A stretch of DNA of 64,000 nt, taken from IMG/VR virus record IMGVR_UViG_3300038424_000251, positions 62,001-126,000 of that record, one strand, 5' to 3'. Made by a program: the position numbers and the translations under genes. Under the pieces are notes generated by a model that was not told the origin of the DNA, did not search any database, and worked only from the letters and a program-made list of their open reading frames with translations. Below, one piece after another: positions 48,286 through 58,461 of this stretch. Numbering within the stretch: the stretch's first letter is position 1; each line of letters starts with the position of its first letter.

Positions 48286-49074
48286 TTATATATCTTTCAC
48301 AACAGTCCAAAAATCAGATGCTAAGTTTTGATTTGTAATATAACTATAAGGCATCATAAAATATCCATTATCATTTAATCCCCAACCAGTTCCCCACGAA
48401 TTTCTAATAAGAAATGTTTGTTGAGTATCATCATATCCGACAGCCATTACAGCATGACCACCAATTGCTTGTTCATTAGGTTGAGGCATCTTTAATATTC
48501 CCGTTGATGCCATTTCCGAAGATTCAAAATAGTCATAAACGTTGAATCCGAACACAAAACATTGACCATTGGCCAAACACGTTTTCATATCAGTTATGGT
48601 ATTTAGAGAATAATAACTGTGAATAACATTTGGTAAAGCATCGGTATAACATTGACTTGAAGGCATCTGAGTAAAATTGGCTTCTATATAAGGCCATTCA
48701 CTTTCAATACAAACGCCTTGGTCGGCTAAAGCTTTTGCTCCATCTCTTAATTCAGCACCAGAATCTTGACTAACAGTTCCTTCAATTACCCTTTCATTGT
48801 AATAAATAAATAGGCGACTTAAATCATTGTATGACCCACTACCATTTTGGTTGTTTTTATTCTCATTATATTGAAGTAATCCTGCCCAAGCATTAGATGT
48901 ACAAGACCCTAATTGTCCTTGGTCTTCAACTGGAGAACACCATTGTATATTACTGACAACAGGCGGTAAATCACGAAACAAAAGTTTTTTTAAACTAACC
49001 ATTCTTCCGAAATGATAATCCCTAACATCATCTTTGGATTTCTTCCAACCATATTTTCTTTGTGTTGTTTTCAT
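48286..49074 (-). CDS. papain-like C1 cysteine peptidase
   Basis: DQGQLGSC, LSRLFIYY, GGHAV.AVGY, RNSWG..WG..GYF. Confidence 0.92.
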   Translation of the reverse strand: MKTTQRKYGWKKSKDDVRDYHFGRMVSLKKLLFRDLPPVVSNIQWCSPVEDQGQLGSCTSNAWAGLLQYNENKNNQNGSGSYNDLSRLFIYYNERVIEGTVSQDSGAELRDGAKALADQGVCIESEWPYIEANFTQMPSSQCYTDALPNVIHSYYSLNTITDMKTCLANGQCFVFGFNVYDYFESSEMASTGILKMPQPNEQAIGGHAVMAVGYDDTQQTFLIRNSWGTGWGLNDNGYFMMPYSYITNQNLASDFWTVVKDI

Positions 49075-49110
49075 TTTTATTTTTAACTGATAGTTGTTAT
49101 CATAACTTTA

Positions 49111-49776
49111 TTAGTCTAAATCTAATCTTGTAGCATATGTTTTATATCTGTTTTGACTGCCAAACATGCCAAGGAATCCAGAACCATTACCATATTTGAG
49201 TCCAATATGCGCACCACCTAAGATATCAATTCCAGCTCGGTCAGATGTATTGCATATAGCATATCCAACCCCAGCTTCAAATCTTGACCCTATCACCCAA
49301 TTTTTTTCTTGTCCAGTAAAAGAAAAATTGGCTACTTCACTTCTAGTAAAATTCCATGCTGCACCATCTCCTACAAACGTTCTTACAATTCCTATAAATG
49401 GAATATGATTAGTTATTCCAAATTGCAAGTTTGCATTTGCATCAGCCCAATCTGAACCAATATGATATCCGCCAAAACCAACTGCGGTATGAGTACTGGT
49501 TGGAATGGATAGTAATACTGCTTCAATAGGCTCTTTTGTTTGTGTATTAATACCTCCACCGAATTGAAGATGAGCTTCTCCATTAGTTGTAAATGGTTGA
49601 ATAGTTAAAAATGATTCAACCAAATCAGTACCAAATTTTGACAAATCTGACCCTAACATTTTACTTTTCATCACAACTTTTACTGGTGGAGTATTTGTTT
49701 GCTGTTGAGCATAACCTGAAAATCCTAACGTCAACAATATTGTCGTTACTATAACTAATTTTAGAATCATATACAT
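49111..49776 (-). CDS. secreted / outer-membrane beta-rich protein
   Basis: Signal peptide (…GYA|QQQTNTPP); alternating Gly/aromatic beta strands. Confidence 0.6.
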   Translation of the reverse strand: MYMILKLVIVTTILLTLGFSGYAQQQTNTPPVKVVMKSKMLGSDLSKFGTDLVESFLTIQPFTTNGEAHLQFGGGINTQTKEPIEAVLLSIPTSTHTAVGFGGYHIGSDWADANANLQFGITNHIPFIGIVRTFVGDGAAWNFTRSEVANFSFTGQEKNWVIGSRFEAGVGYAICNTSDRAGIDILGGAHIGLKYGNGSGFLGMFGSQNRYKTYATRLDLD

Positions 49777-49915
49777 GAAATAAATATCAGCACCATAAAA
49801 GAAAACAATTTATTTGTTGATTATATAATATAAATGATGCTTTTCCAATATAAAAACTTGTAATATACACAATCTTAATACATAATGCCAATATTGACAC
49901 TACATATAGTGTGAT

Positions 49916-50212
49916 ATGAATAGATTCTATATACAGGATTCAACGATAGGTAAGTTTGTCACCTTCCCAACGGTGCCTGAACTTGTTAAATATTTGAGTG
50001 ATATGATTCCTCGAGCATTTCATATACCAAGGGAGCAATATGTTCAAAATCTTATAGATTTAGGATATGGTTATGATGACCCTGATGGTGCTATGCTTAC
50101 TCGTGCAATATCTGAAGAATTTAATATTGGAGTTATTAGTAAAGACAACATCTACGTAAAAACTGACGTTCACACAGCCGCTGCCTTCCAAAAAGAAGAA
50201 TACGGTGATTAA
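49916..50212 (+). CDS. hypothetical protein
   Basis: 98 aa ORF. Confidence 0.65.
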   Translation: MNRFYIQDSTIGKFVTFPTVPELVKYLSDMIPRAFHIPREQYVQNLIDLGYGYDDPDGAMLTRAISEEFNIGVISKDNIYVKTDVHTAAAFQKEEYGD

Positions 50213-50236
50213 CAAGTGTAGGTCATTTGTTAAAGA

Positions 50237-51892
50237 ATGATAAACTTGGATATTCAGTGGAGCGATCCTTATCAATGGGAAAATAAAGACGGTGAACTTG
50301 TGTGGCGCCGTGTTTGGAAAATTCCTGTAGAATACCGTCCACCGTTTTTTGCTTTTTGGAACAAAGCTAAATATAAATTGTGGGGTGAAGGTTTCTCTGT
50401 TGCCAAAGTTGATGACGATTGGTGTCTTTATGAAACCAAAGTTTGTATAGAAAATTTTAGTGAGCTTGATGGCCAGAAGCCACCCTCCCCCCCTTTAGAG
50501 GCTGAAGATTTCTGGCTACCCCCCTACAAGGTTGAAAATGAGAAAGGTCTTAGGTCTTGGCAGATAGAATCTGTGAGTAAGCTAGTTACTGCTATTAATA
50601 AAACCGGTTGTGCAATAGATGGTTCTGATACAGGTGTTGGTAAGACTTATGTAGCTTGTGCTGTTGCCAGAGAACTTAAAATGAAAATGCTTGTAGTATG
50701 TCCAAAAGCTGTAATGGAACCTTGGAAACGAGTAATAGTTAATCATTTTAAGATGAAGGATTTATTGATTGGTATTATTAATTATGAACAAATACGAATA
50801 GGTAAAATAGATTCTCCATTTGCTTCATATATTGAAAGCAAAAAAACTCATAAACGAAAATTTATATGGAAAATTCCAAAAGATACGTTGATTATTTGGG
50901 ATGAATCACAAAAACTTAAAAATTGGAAAACTAAAAATTCGAAGACGTGCATTGAAGCACTCAAGCAAAACTATAAGATGTTATTCTGTTCAGCTACTAA
51001 TGCAACCAATCCCCTCGAACTTAGAACAGTGGGCACTTGTTTAAAATTATTTAAGGGCGCAACAGCCTATTATCAGTGGTGTTATGAACATGGAGTTTAT
51101 AAAGGTCGTTTTGGTTTAGAGTTTACTTCTGATATGAAACTTAGGCAAAAAGTTTTAAAAAAATTACATACAGATATTTTCATTAATAGGGGAGTTCGGT
51201 TGACCCGTGATACAATTCCTAATTTTCCTGAATCTGAAATTATTGCTGAATGTTATAACATGGATGACGAAGATGTTAAGAAAATTAACAAGTGTCATGA
51301 GGAAATGCAGAAAGAATTAAAAGAATTAGCCAAGTTGACCAAGGCTGATAAGGCTAGTGAATTGACTGCAATCCTGCGCGCGCGTCAAGGTATAGAATTA
51401 GTGAAAGTTCCTCTATTTATGGACATGATTGAAGAGGGGTTAGAAGATGGAATGTCTGTAGTGGTCTTTGTCAATTTTACTGAAACTCTTCGAGCTATAG
51501 CGAAAAGATTAAATACTCTATGTATTTTTGATGGTAAAACCAAGGATGAAGTTCGTCAACAAAGTGTAGATGATTTTCAATCTGGCAAAGAAAAGGTGAT
51601 TTTGGTGAATATAGCTAGTGGGGGTGCGGGCTTGTCTCTTCATGATATAAATGGTATGAATCCACGTTTAACCTTGATATCACCAAGTTATTCTGCTGTA
51701 TTGATGAGGCAAGCTACTGGTAGAGTGTGGAGAGAAAATGCAAAAAGTAAAAGTGTTCAAAAAATAGTATTTGTAGCTGGAACAGTTGAAGAGCAAGTTT
51801 GTGACAATGTTAGAGAAAAACTTAAAAATCTTGACCTTCTAAATGATGGAGATTTAAAATATGAAAAAAGATATGAAAGCGTCAGCGCTTAA
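50237..51892 (+). CDS. SF2 (SNF2-like) helicase
   Basis: SDTGVGKT, WDESQ, SAT, GGAGLSL, QATGRVWR. Confidence 0.9.
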   Translation: MINLDIQWSDPYQWENKDGELVWRRVWKIPVEYRPPFFAFWNKAKYKLWGEGFSVAKVDDDWCLYETKVCIENFSELDGQKPPSPPLEAEDFWLPPYKVENEKGLRSWQIESVSKLVTAINKTGCAIDGSDTGVGKTYVACAVARELKMKMLVVCPKAVMEPWKRVIVNHFKMKDLLIGIINYEQIRIGKIDSPFASYIESKKTHKRKFIWKIPKDTLIIWDESQKLKNWKTKNSKTCIEALKQNYKMLFCSATNATNPLELRTVGTCLKLFKGATAYYQWCYEHGVYKGRFGLEFTSDMKLRQKVLKKLHTDIFINRGVRLTRDTIPNFPESEIIAECYNMDDEDVKKINKCHEEMQKELKELAKLTKADKASELTAILRARQGIELVKVPLFMDMIEEGLEDGMSVVVFVNFTETLRAIAKRLNTLCIFDGKTKDEVRQQSVDDFQSGKEKVILVNIASGGAGLSLHDINGMNPRLTLISPSYSAVLMRQATGRVWRENAKSKSVQKIVFVAGTVEEQVCDNVREKLKNLDLLNDGDLKYEKRYESVSA

Positions 51893-52250
51893 AAAAATAG
51901 TAGTAAAATGTGCAGATTTCTGGGTGGATGAATTTGAAATCGATTCAGAAATCTTTGATGACGTTTACGTTGAAGCTGCTACTCGTGCTATTGAAAAAAG
52001 GAAAGATTTGCCGGGATTCAGAGTGACTGTTGTTATTGAATGTTGGGAAAAAAAAGATTTTAAAAAACCCGAAAAACATTTTTGTTATAATACCTATCGT
52101 GTTTTAATCAATGCTGGATTACATGGAAAAGCTGAAATGCTTCGTCTTAACTTTATGAGATTACATAATATTGACCTTCAAAAAGAAAGTTTGAGAGGAG
52201 AAAATGGAAACACAACAAACCAATCAAGTACCGGTGACAATGGAAAATAA
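51861..52250 (+). CDS. hypothetical protein
   Basis: 129 aa ORF in operon. Confidence 0.65.
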   Translation: MKKDMKASALKKIVVKCADFWVDEFEIDSEIFDDVYVEAATRAIEKRKDLPGFRVTVVIECWEKKDFKKPEKHFCYNTYRVLINAGLHGKAEMLRLNFMRLHNIDLQKESLRGENGNTTNQSSTGDNGK

Positions 52251-52929
52251 AGTTCTGGATATTGTAGTGAAGGAATTACAAGAAGTTAAAAAAAAGGTTG
52301 CTAACATTGAAAATAAAACTGTTTTAGAAGAATTACAACTTCCAGAAGAAGATTTAAAAGCTCTTGGTGTTATTAAAGATAATCCTAGAAGACTTAGAAG
52401 AGGTAGAGGCGCTAGACCACTTCTTGAATCAGAAATAAAAGAAGCTCAAGAACATTGTGATAATGCTATGGCTTGTGCTAGATATCTTAATGTAGGATAT
52501 AATTGTTATAAAAAGTGGGCAAAAACTTATAACTTGTTTAAAACAAATCCTTGGGGTAAAAATGCTAAAAAAAGATATTGGGCTCCCAATAAAGGCAAAT
52601 ATCCACTTAATCAAATACTTGAGGGCAAATTTCCAAATTATCCCATTTATAGGCTTAAAGACCTTCTTATAAGAAGTGGAATAAAAAAAGCAGAATGTGA
52701 AAACTGTGGATTTGATGAACACCGATTAACCGATAATAAAATGCCACTTCTGATAAGTTTTAAAGATGGTAATGAAAAAAATCATCTGTTAGAAAATATA
52801 GAAATATTGTGCTATAATTGTATGTTTCTTACTGGACGGGGATACATACGAAAAGGTAAAGTAGAATTTAATTTTTTAGATCCCGATAGAATTCAAGGTT
52901 CTTCCCGAAAAATCGAAGCTCGATTCTAA
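52204..52929 (+). CDS. HTH plus degenerate HNH/zinc-finger protein
   Basis: ACARYLNVGYNCYKKWAK (HTH); CENCG…DGNEKNHLLENIEILCYNC lacking the catalytic His. Confidence 0.7.
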   Translation: METQQTNQVPVTMENKVLDIVVKELQEVKKKVANIENKTVLEELQLPEEDLKALGVIKDNPRRLRRGRGARPLLESEIKEAQEHCDNAMACARYLNVGYNCYKKWAKTYNLFKTNPWGKNAKKRYWAPNKGKYPLNQILEGKFPNYPIYRLKDLLIRSGIKKAECENCGFDEHRLTDNKMPLLISFKDGNEKNHLLENIEILCYNCMFLTGRGYIRKGKVEFNFLDPDRIQGSSRKIEARF

Positions 52930-52952
52930 ATGCGTTCTATTTATAGTATAGA

Positions 52953-53393
52953 ATGCAAACAGCAAATCACATATTAGCAAAAGAAGGTATCTTAACCACA
53001 TTCTCCATAGCTAAGAAAGTTACCGCGAAGGATGTAAAAAAACTTCGTGAAAAACTGAAAACTGCTAATTTGGATTCTGATAAATTAAAAGAACTATTGA
53101 GAAACACTGTCATCAAGGAAACACAAGCTGACATTGAAGCTCATAAGATTCCGGGATTAATAATCTCTGGTTTTGAAGAAAACGAAGAGAAAAAAAGGAT
53201 AATGGAATTGACCTACTTTGCTTCTGTTATAGCTAAAAAACTATCAGAAAAGAATATAGGAAAATATCATTCCTGTTATATCATTAATGCAATTGTAAAT
53301 GTGTTAGGATTAACGGAGGAAGATTTTGATGAGTTTCACAGGAAGTTTTCAAAATTCAGAGACGGCATCAATGGCAACGATGAATTGGATTAA
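52953..53393 (+). CDS. hypothetical protein
   Basis: Preceded by TATTTATA. Confidence 0.7.
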   Translation: MQTANHILAKEGILTTFSIAKKVTAKDVKKLREKLKTANLDSDKLKELLRNTVIKETQADIEAHKIPGLIISGFEENEEKKRIMELTYFASVIAKKLSEKNIGKYHSCYIINAIVNVLGLTEEDFDEFHRKFSKFRDGINGNDELD

Positions 53394-53511
53394 CTCTGAT
53401 TGGATGAAAGAGTGGTTGCGATTAACGTTTCAGGACAAAATCAATAGGAAACGTGATGGTTACTGGTATTACGATAGCGCCGATAAAACATACAAATATG
53501 TTAGAATATGA
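53380..53511 (+). CDS. possible 43-aa aromatic-rich peptide (MNWINSDW…)
   Basis: Fills a gap; weak support. Confidence 0.35.
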   Translation: MNWINSDWMKEWLRLTFQDKINRKRDGYWYYDSADKTYKYVRI

Positions 53512-53584
53512 TAAAAAAGAACGAATCAAAACTATTTTTCTTTCTCTGTTCCAATTACTTAACTATATTTATCCAAACCCAAAT

Positions 53585-54631
53585 ATGTCTAGAAAAAATA
53601 ACAAAAATTTAGATGATGTAAGTCTGGCTATCTTTTTTAAAGATTTTGCTCACTGGATAAGGTCTAGCTGTGTAGGATTAAATGTAGCTGGATTTACCAC
53701 TGCTAAATATCTTAATAAATGCGGTATAAATGCTTCTGCATTTCCCGTTCGTCATAATGTGGATATAGTTTATACTATAGACCATTACAATGAAACACAT
53801 AAAAAACGATTGACTCATGTAGTTATTTCAGCTCCTTGGTTAAGTGTTTATGATATGAAACACTTAATAAAAAACTTTTCTGATATTCAATTTGTCATAT
53901 TATCCCATTCTAACGTTGGGTTTTTACAAGCAGACCCACATGGAGTGGAACTTTTTAGAAAATATGCTGAATTATCTAAAATACATAAAAATTTGAAAGT
54001 GGGTGGTAACTCTCCACAGTTTGTTAATTGGTTTAGAACATCATATAATGAAGAATGTGTTTGTCTTCCAAATTTATATCCTGTCTCACATATTAGTAGC
54101 AAAGTTTGGAATGGATCCTATCCAATAAAAATAGGAATATTTGGAGCTATACGGCCAGAAAAAAATTTTATGACTGCCGCTGCGGCTGCGCTGGCCATGC
54201 ATTCAATATTAAGTATTCCAGTTGAAATACACATGTCAACTGGTGGAGAAGAATGTAAATCCACTACATTGTCATCTATCATAGAGATGACAGAACATAT
54301 TAAAGGCATAACTTTAATAAAAGAAAATTGGGAAACATGGGACAAATTTATTGAACTTGTAAAACAAATGGATTTACTGATACAAGTGTCATACACAGAA
54401 TCATTCAATATGATAACCGCTGATGGAATTTCTGTTGGAGTCCCATCTGTTGTATCACCGGTCATTCGTTGGGCACCCAATTCTTGGAAAGCTGATGCAG
54501 ATGATGCTCTAGATGTTTCTAAAGTGGGTATCAAATTACTTACCACTAATCAACATCATATTGGTAGTGATACTTTGCATAAAAGTAATGAACGCAATTT
54601 AAAATATTGGTTGAACTTCTTAAGAAATTAA
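53585..54631 (+). CDS. GT4-like glycosyltransferase (start reassigned to MSRKNNK)
   Basis: IGIFGAIRPEKN, MDLLIQVSYTESFNMITAD…GVPSV; TATTTAT upstream. Confidence 0.75.
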   Translation: MSRKNNKNLDDVSLAIFFKDFAHWIRSSCVGLNVAGFTTAKYLNKCGINASAFPVRHNVDIVYTIDHYNETHKKRLTHVVISAPWLSVYDMKHLIKNFSDIQFVILSHSNVGFLQADPHGVELFRKYAELSKIHKNLKVGGNSPQFVNWFRTSYNEECVCLPNLYPVSHISSKVWNGSYPIKIGIFGAIRPEKNFMTAAAAALAMHSILSIPVEIHMSTGGEECKSTTLSSIIEMTEHIKGITLIKENWETWDKFIELVKQMDLLIQVSYTESFNMITADGISVGVPSVVSPVIRWAPNSWKADADDALDVSKVGIKLLTTNQHHIGSDTLHKSNERNLKYWLNFLRN

Positions 54632-54691
54632 AAAAAGACAAATAAAATTTTACTAAGCATGTTATAAAATTAATAATACAATTAAAAAATC

Positions 54692-54720
54692 TTTACATAT
54701 AATTTGATTCATGGTAATAT
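54692..54720 (+). promoter_or_regulatory. sigma70-like promoter TTTACA-17-TAATAT, 9 nt before gmd
   Basis: Motif match. Confidence 0.55.
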
Positions 54721-54729
54721 TTTTTATAA

Positions 54730-55878
54730 ATGAAAATAAATAAAATTCAAGATATTAAACATTCCGAAGGAACAGTAATATTTGTTACAGGTGTTACAGG
54801 TCAAGATGGTTCTTATATGGTTGATTATCTTCTTAGGGAAACAAGTGCTTTAATTGTTGGTGGTGCTCGTCGTTTAAGTGTAGAAAATCATGACAATATT
54901 AAACATCTTGAGAACGAACCAAGATTTCAATTGGTTAATTTTGATTTAACCGATTCACATTCTATATACAAAATTATAGAATATGTTAAACCAGACTATT
55001 TTATAAATTTTGCTGCTCAAAGTTTTGTGGCTTCTTCATGGGATTTTGCTCGTCAAACATGGGAATGTAATTCTACAGCAGTATTAGATTGTTTGGAGGC
55101 TATCAGGCAACTTCGACCTTCTTGTAGATTCTATAATGCTGGTTCATCCGAAGAATTTGGTAATGTAGTATATGAACCACAAGACGAAAATCATCCATTA
55201 AGACCAAGAAGCCCTTATGGCGCATCAAAAGCGGCTGCCAGAACGTTAGTGAAGGTTTATAGAGAGTCTTATGGACTTTATGCTGTCCAAGGATGGTTAT
55301 TTAATCATGAAGGACCAAGGCGTGGTGAGGAATTTGTTACAAGAAAGATTACAAAGGGTGTTGCCAATATATTTGATGCAATAATCAATAATAAGCCAAT
55401 AATTCCAATAGAATTAGGAAATCTTGATACTAAACGGGACTGGTCTGATGCAGAAGATATGATGGATGCAGTTTGGAAAATGTTAAATCAAGATAAATAT
55501 AATATGGCTTTTTTCTGTAGGTCTGATTGTTCTATGTTTCCATCACAAATAGGAAAGCACATTAAAGATTATGTTGTTGGTAGTGGAGAAAATCATACTA
55601 TTCGTGAATTTATTGAAAAGGGATTTGACTTGGTGGGAATAAAAGGATATTGGAATTATATTCCTGACAAACCAGAAAGTGAACATTTTTCACAGATAGA
55701 CTACCCTGATAGAATACTTGTTAAGATAAATCCAAAATTCTACCGTCCTGCTGAAGTAGATATATTGAGAGCTAATTCTGATAAAATTAAAAAAGAATTA
55801 GGATGGCAACCGAAAATTACATTTGACGGTATGATTGAAAAAATGATAACCAATGACCTTAAAAAATTTGATACGTGA
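54730..55878 (+). CDS. gmd: GDP-mannose 4,6-dehydratase
   Basis: TGVTGQDGSY, AAQSFV, SSEEFG, PRSPYGASK, FNHE..RRG..FVTRKI, RPAEVD. Confidence 0.95.
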   Translation: MKINKIQDIKHSEGTVIFVTGVTGQDGSYMVDYLLRETSALIVGGARRLSVENHDNIKHLENEPRFQLVNFDLTDSHSIYKIIEYVKPDYFINFAAQSFVASSWDFARQTWECNSTAVLDCLEAIRQLRPSCRFYNAGSSEEFGNVVYEPQDENHPLRPRSPYGASKAAARTLVKVYRESYGLYAVQGWLFNHEGPRRGEEFVTRKITKGVANIFDAIINNKPIIPIELGNLDTKRDWSDAEDMMDAVWKMLNQDKYNMAFFCRSDCSMFPSQIGKHIKDYVVGSGENHTIREFIEKGFDLVGIKGYWNYIPDKPESEHFSQIDYPDRILVKINPKFYRPAEVDILRANSDKIKKELGWQPKITFDGMIEKMITNDLKKFDT

Positions 55879-56867
55879 AATATAAAAAATTACTTTCTAC
55901 AATAGTTTGTTTTCTATGTTGCCTTTTCTTTGGAGAAATTTCTTTACAAGCAACACAAAATGTGACTCTTGCGTGGAATCCAAGTACTGACTCAACTGTT
56001 GCGGGATATAAAATTTATTACGGGTCAGCTAGTGGTAATTACACTAATGTAGTTGATGTTGGTAATGTAACAAATGCTACTATTAGTGGATTAGTTGAAG
56101 GTGTCACTTATTATTTTGCAGCTACCTGCTATAATAGTTCTGGTATTCAAAGTCCATTTTCAAATGAAGTCTCTTATACCGTACCAAATTTGTGTCCTAC
56201 AATAAATTCTGTAAGTAATATTTTTATTAATGAGAATGCTGGTCAACAAGTAGTTAATCTGTCCGGTATTACTGGAGGATTTGGTACATATTCAACTATT
56301 ACTATCACTGCATCTTCAGGTAATACCAATTTAATACCTAATATTACAGTAATTTATACAAGTCCAAATACAAATGGGACTTTGGTTTTTACACCGCTAA
56401 CATATGCTTATGGTGTAATTACTAATACAGTGACCGTTAAGACTGATAAAACTAATACTAATTATAATACTACTGCAACAAGTTTTATAATTACAATAAG
56501 TGCTGTTAACCAATGGCCAACATTGACTCTTCCAATTACTAATTTAACTATCAATGAGAACAACGGGTCAACAAATGTAAGCTTTTCCAATGTTACTTCT
56601 GGTGCTCCGAATGAAAGTCAAATACTTACTGTTACTAATTCATCCAGTAATACTAATTTAATTCCAAATCCAATTGTTAATTATACTAACCCATTCACAA
56701 TAGGATCCTTGACTCTTACACCAAAAACTAATATCAGTGGTTTATCTACTATTTTTGTGACTGTAAATGATGGTGGTATTACTAATAATGCTACAACAAA
56801 TAAATTTACAACAACAGTTTTACCATTGCCACCACCAAACTTTCATATTATTAGCGCAACTCAATAA
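55875..56867 (+). CDS. secreted fibronectin type III plus Ig/cadherin-like repeat protein
   Basis: Signal peptide; VTLAWNPS….AGYKIYYG…GL.EG.TYYFAAT.Y; two Thr/Asn-rich INEN…SSGNTNLIPN repeats. Confidence 0.85.
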   Translation: MKYKKLLSTIVCFLCCLFFGEISLQATQNVTLAWNPSTDSTVAGYKIYYGSASGNYTNVVDVGNVTNATISGLVEGVTYYFAATCYNSSGIQSPFSNEVSYTVPNLCPTINSVSNIFINENAGQQVVNLSGITGGFGTYSTITITASSGNTNLIPNITVIYTSPNTNGTLVFTPLTYAYGVITNTVTVKTDKTNTNYNTTATSFIITISAVNQWPTLTLPITNLTINENNGSTNVSFSNVTSGAPNESQILTVTNSSSNTNLIPNPIVNYTNPFTIGSLTLTPKTNISGLSTIFVTVNDGGITNNATTNKFTTTVLPLPPPNFHIISATQ

Positions 56868-56872
56868 TTTTA

Positions 56873-56901
56873 TTGACATCATTGTTAGATTATAGTATCC
56901 T
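56873..56901 (+). promoter_or_regulatory. sigma70-like promoter TTGACA-17-TATCCT, 6 nt before the ATG at 56908
   Basis: Motif match. Confidence 0.65.
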
Positions 56902-56907
56902 TATAAT

Positions 56908-57618
56908 ATGAAAAGTGGACTTACATATATTATATTTGTCATTGACCGTTCAGGTTCAATGCACATAATTTGCAACGACATGATTGGTGGATTTAATTCA
57001 TTCATCAAGACACAACAGGAAGCTAAACTCGGTGATTGCCGTGTTTTTGCTTATAAATTTGATACCGAATATGAAACAATGTTCGAAAATATTGACTTGA
57101 ATCAAGTTCCTCTTTTGGATAGAAATAATTATATTCCAAGAGGCAATACTGCTCTCTATGATTCCCTTGGCAAAACCATTAACGATATTGGAGTTCGTTT
57201 AACTGCTATGCCCGAAGAGGAAAGACCTGAAAAAGTTTTAATAGTCACTATCACTGACGGTGAAGATAATGACCATTTGGAAAAACCCGAAGATGCTATT
57301 AAATACGATTCCGATAGTGTAAAGGAAATGGTTGAACATCAAAGAAATAAATACAATTGGGATTTTGCTTATATTGGTGCTAATCAGGATTCTTGGGCGG
57401 TAGGGTCAAGCATGGGATACATGAAAGGTACTACGCTTAACTATGTAGCAGATTCGGAAGGGACTGCTGTAGCTTTTGATACTTTAGATAGAAGTGTTAC
57501 AAGCTATCGTGCTGCTGCTAAGGGTACAAGATTTAGTTTTTCACCCAAAGATGCAGACACACAGCTTAAAACGTCTGTAAAAACTTCCAAGAAGACTACT
57601 GCAAACAAAACAATTTAA
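56908..57618 (+). CDS. vWA domain protein
   Basis: MIDAS DRSGSM, TALYD, ITDGEDN, YIGANQD. Confidence 0.9.
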   Translation: MKSGLTYIIFVIDRSGSMHIICNDMIGGFNSFIKTQQEAKLGDCRVFAYKFDTEYETMFENIDLNQVPLLDRNNYIPRGNTALYDSLGKTINDIGVRLTAMPEEERPEKVLIVTITDGEDNDHLEKPEDAIKYDSDSVKEMVEHQRNKYNWDFAYIGANQDSWAVGSSMGYMKGTTLNYVADSEGTAVAFDTLDRSVTSYRAAAKGTRFSFSPKDADTQLKTSVKTSKKTTANKTI

Positions 57619-57640
57619 GATTGTTTATACACAAAAAATC

Positions 57641-57667
57641 AAAACCCCCGTTTTCACGGGGGTTTTT
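57641..57667. terminator. bidirectional intrinsic terminator AAAACCCCCG-TTTTCA-CGGGGGTTTT
   Basis: GC stem with A/T tracts between convergent genes. Confidence 0.9.
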
Positions 57668-57677
57668 GTTTATTATT

Positions 57678-58340
57678 TTAATCTTCAACCAAATGCGGAA
57701 GATGTGGCTTCCAATCTGGGTGTTTCACTTCTCTAATTAAATTAGATAAAGGAATAGGTCGTGGAGCTTTCGGTTCACGAATTAATTTCAAACCAATTTC
57801 ATTATTAAGCTTATTACCTTTCTTGGAATTAATTTCCTTAGCTGTTAAGGCAAGATTTTCCCAAGTGTGTTGACCACCCCTAGATTGAGGAATAACGTGG
57901 TCAATGGTAGCTTCATCACGTCTTAATTTTTTACCAGTGTATTGGTCAATACCACCATCACGAATCCAAATAGCATCCTTGGATGGTTTGCCTTTGAAAG
58001 TTTTCTTTGGCATCCTAGCAAAGTTTTTAGCAATAATGACTGTGGGAGCTCTTATAGTTTTTTCACCATTTCTACCATAATGAATAGCATCATCAAAAGG
58101 ACGAACAGGCAATGTAATCCATTCTTCCCAAGTCACAGGACGAGGCCATGATTGACCAGACGGCCAATCATTTTCATCAAGAATGTATTCGCCCCTTTCA
58201 TTCTTTTCATATTCAATGTCAAGCGCCAAAGCGCATTTACCCGCAGCCAAGTCAACCAAAGCTTTACCAACGGTGGATTGACCCACAGCTTGCCAAGCTT
58301 TATTTAACTTTAAGACCTGCGTTCTGTTAATGATGCTCAT
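57678..58340 (-). CDS. HNH endonuclease (McrA/HNH_5-like)
   Basis: VLKLN, RDGGIDQYTG, TIDHVIPQSRGG..TWENL….N..KGN. Confidence 0.9.
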   Translation of the reverse strand: MSIINRTQVLKLNKAWQAVGQSTVGKALVDLAAGKCALALDIEYEKNERGEYILDENDWPSGQSWPRPVTWEEWITLPVRPFDDAIHYGRNGEKTIRAPTVIIAKNFARMPKKTFKGKPSKDAIWIRDGGIDQYTGKKLRRDEATIDHVIPQSRGGQHTWENLALTAKEINSKKGNKLNNEIGLKLIREPKAPRPIPLSNLIREVKHPDWKPHLPHLVED

Positions 58341-58399
58341 ATTATCTTTGTTGTTCTATTTCATATGGTTATATATTTTAGTTTTAATGTTACATTATA

Positions 58400-58427
58400 A
58401 TTATACTACTTCTAAAAGAAATGTCAA
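58400..58427 (-). promoter_or_regulatory. sigma70-like promoter TTGACA-16-TATAAT upstream of the HNH gene
   Basis: Consensus boxes on the minus strand. Confidence 0.7.
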
Positions 58428-58461
58428 TACCAAAAATATAAAAACCCGCACGGCATTAATA

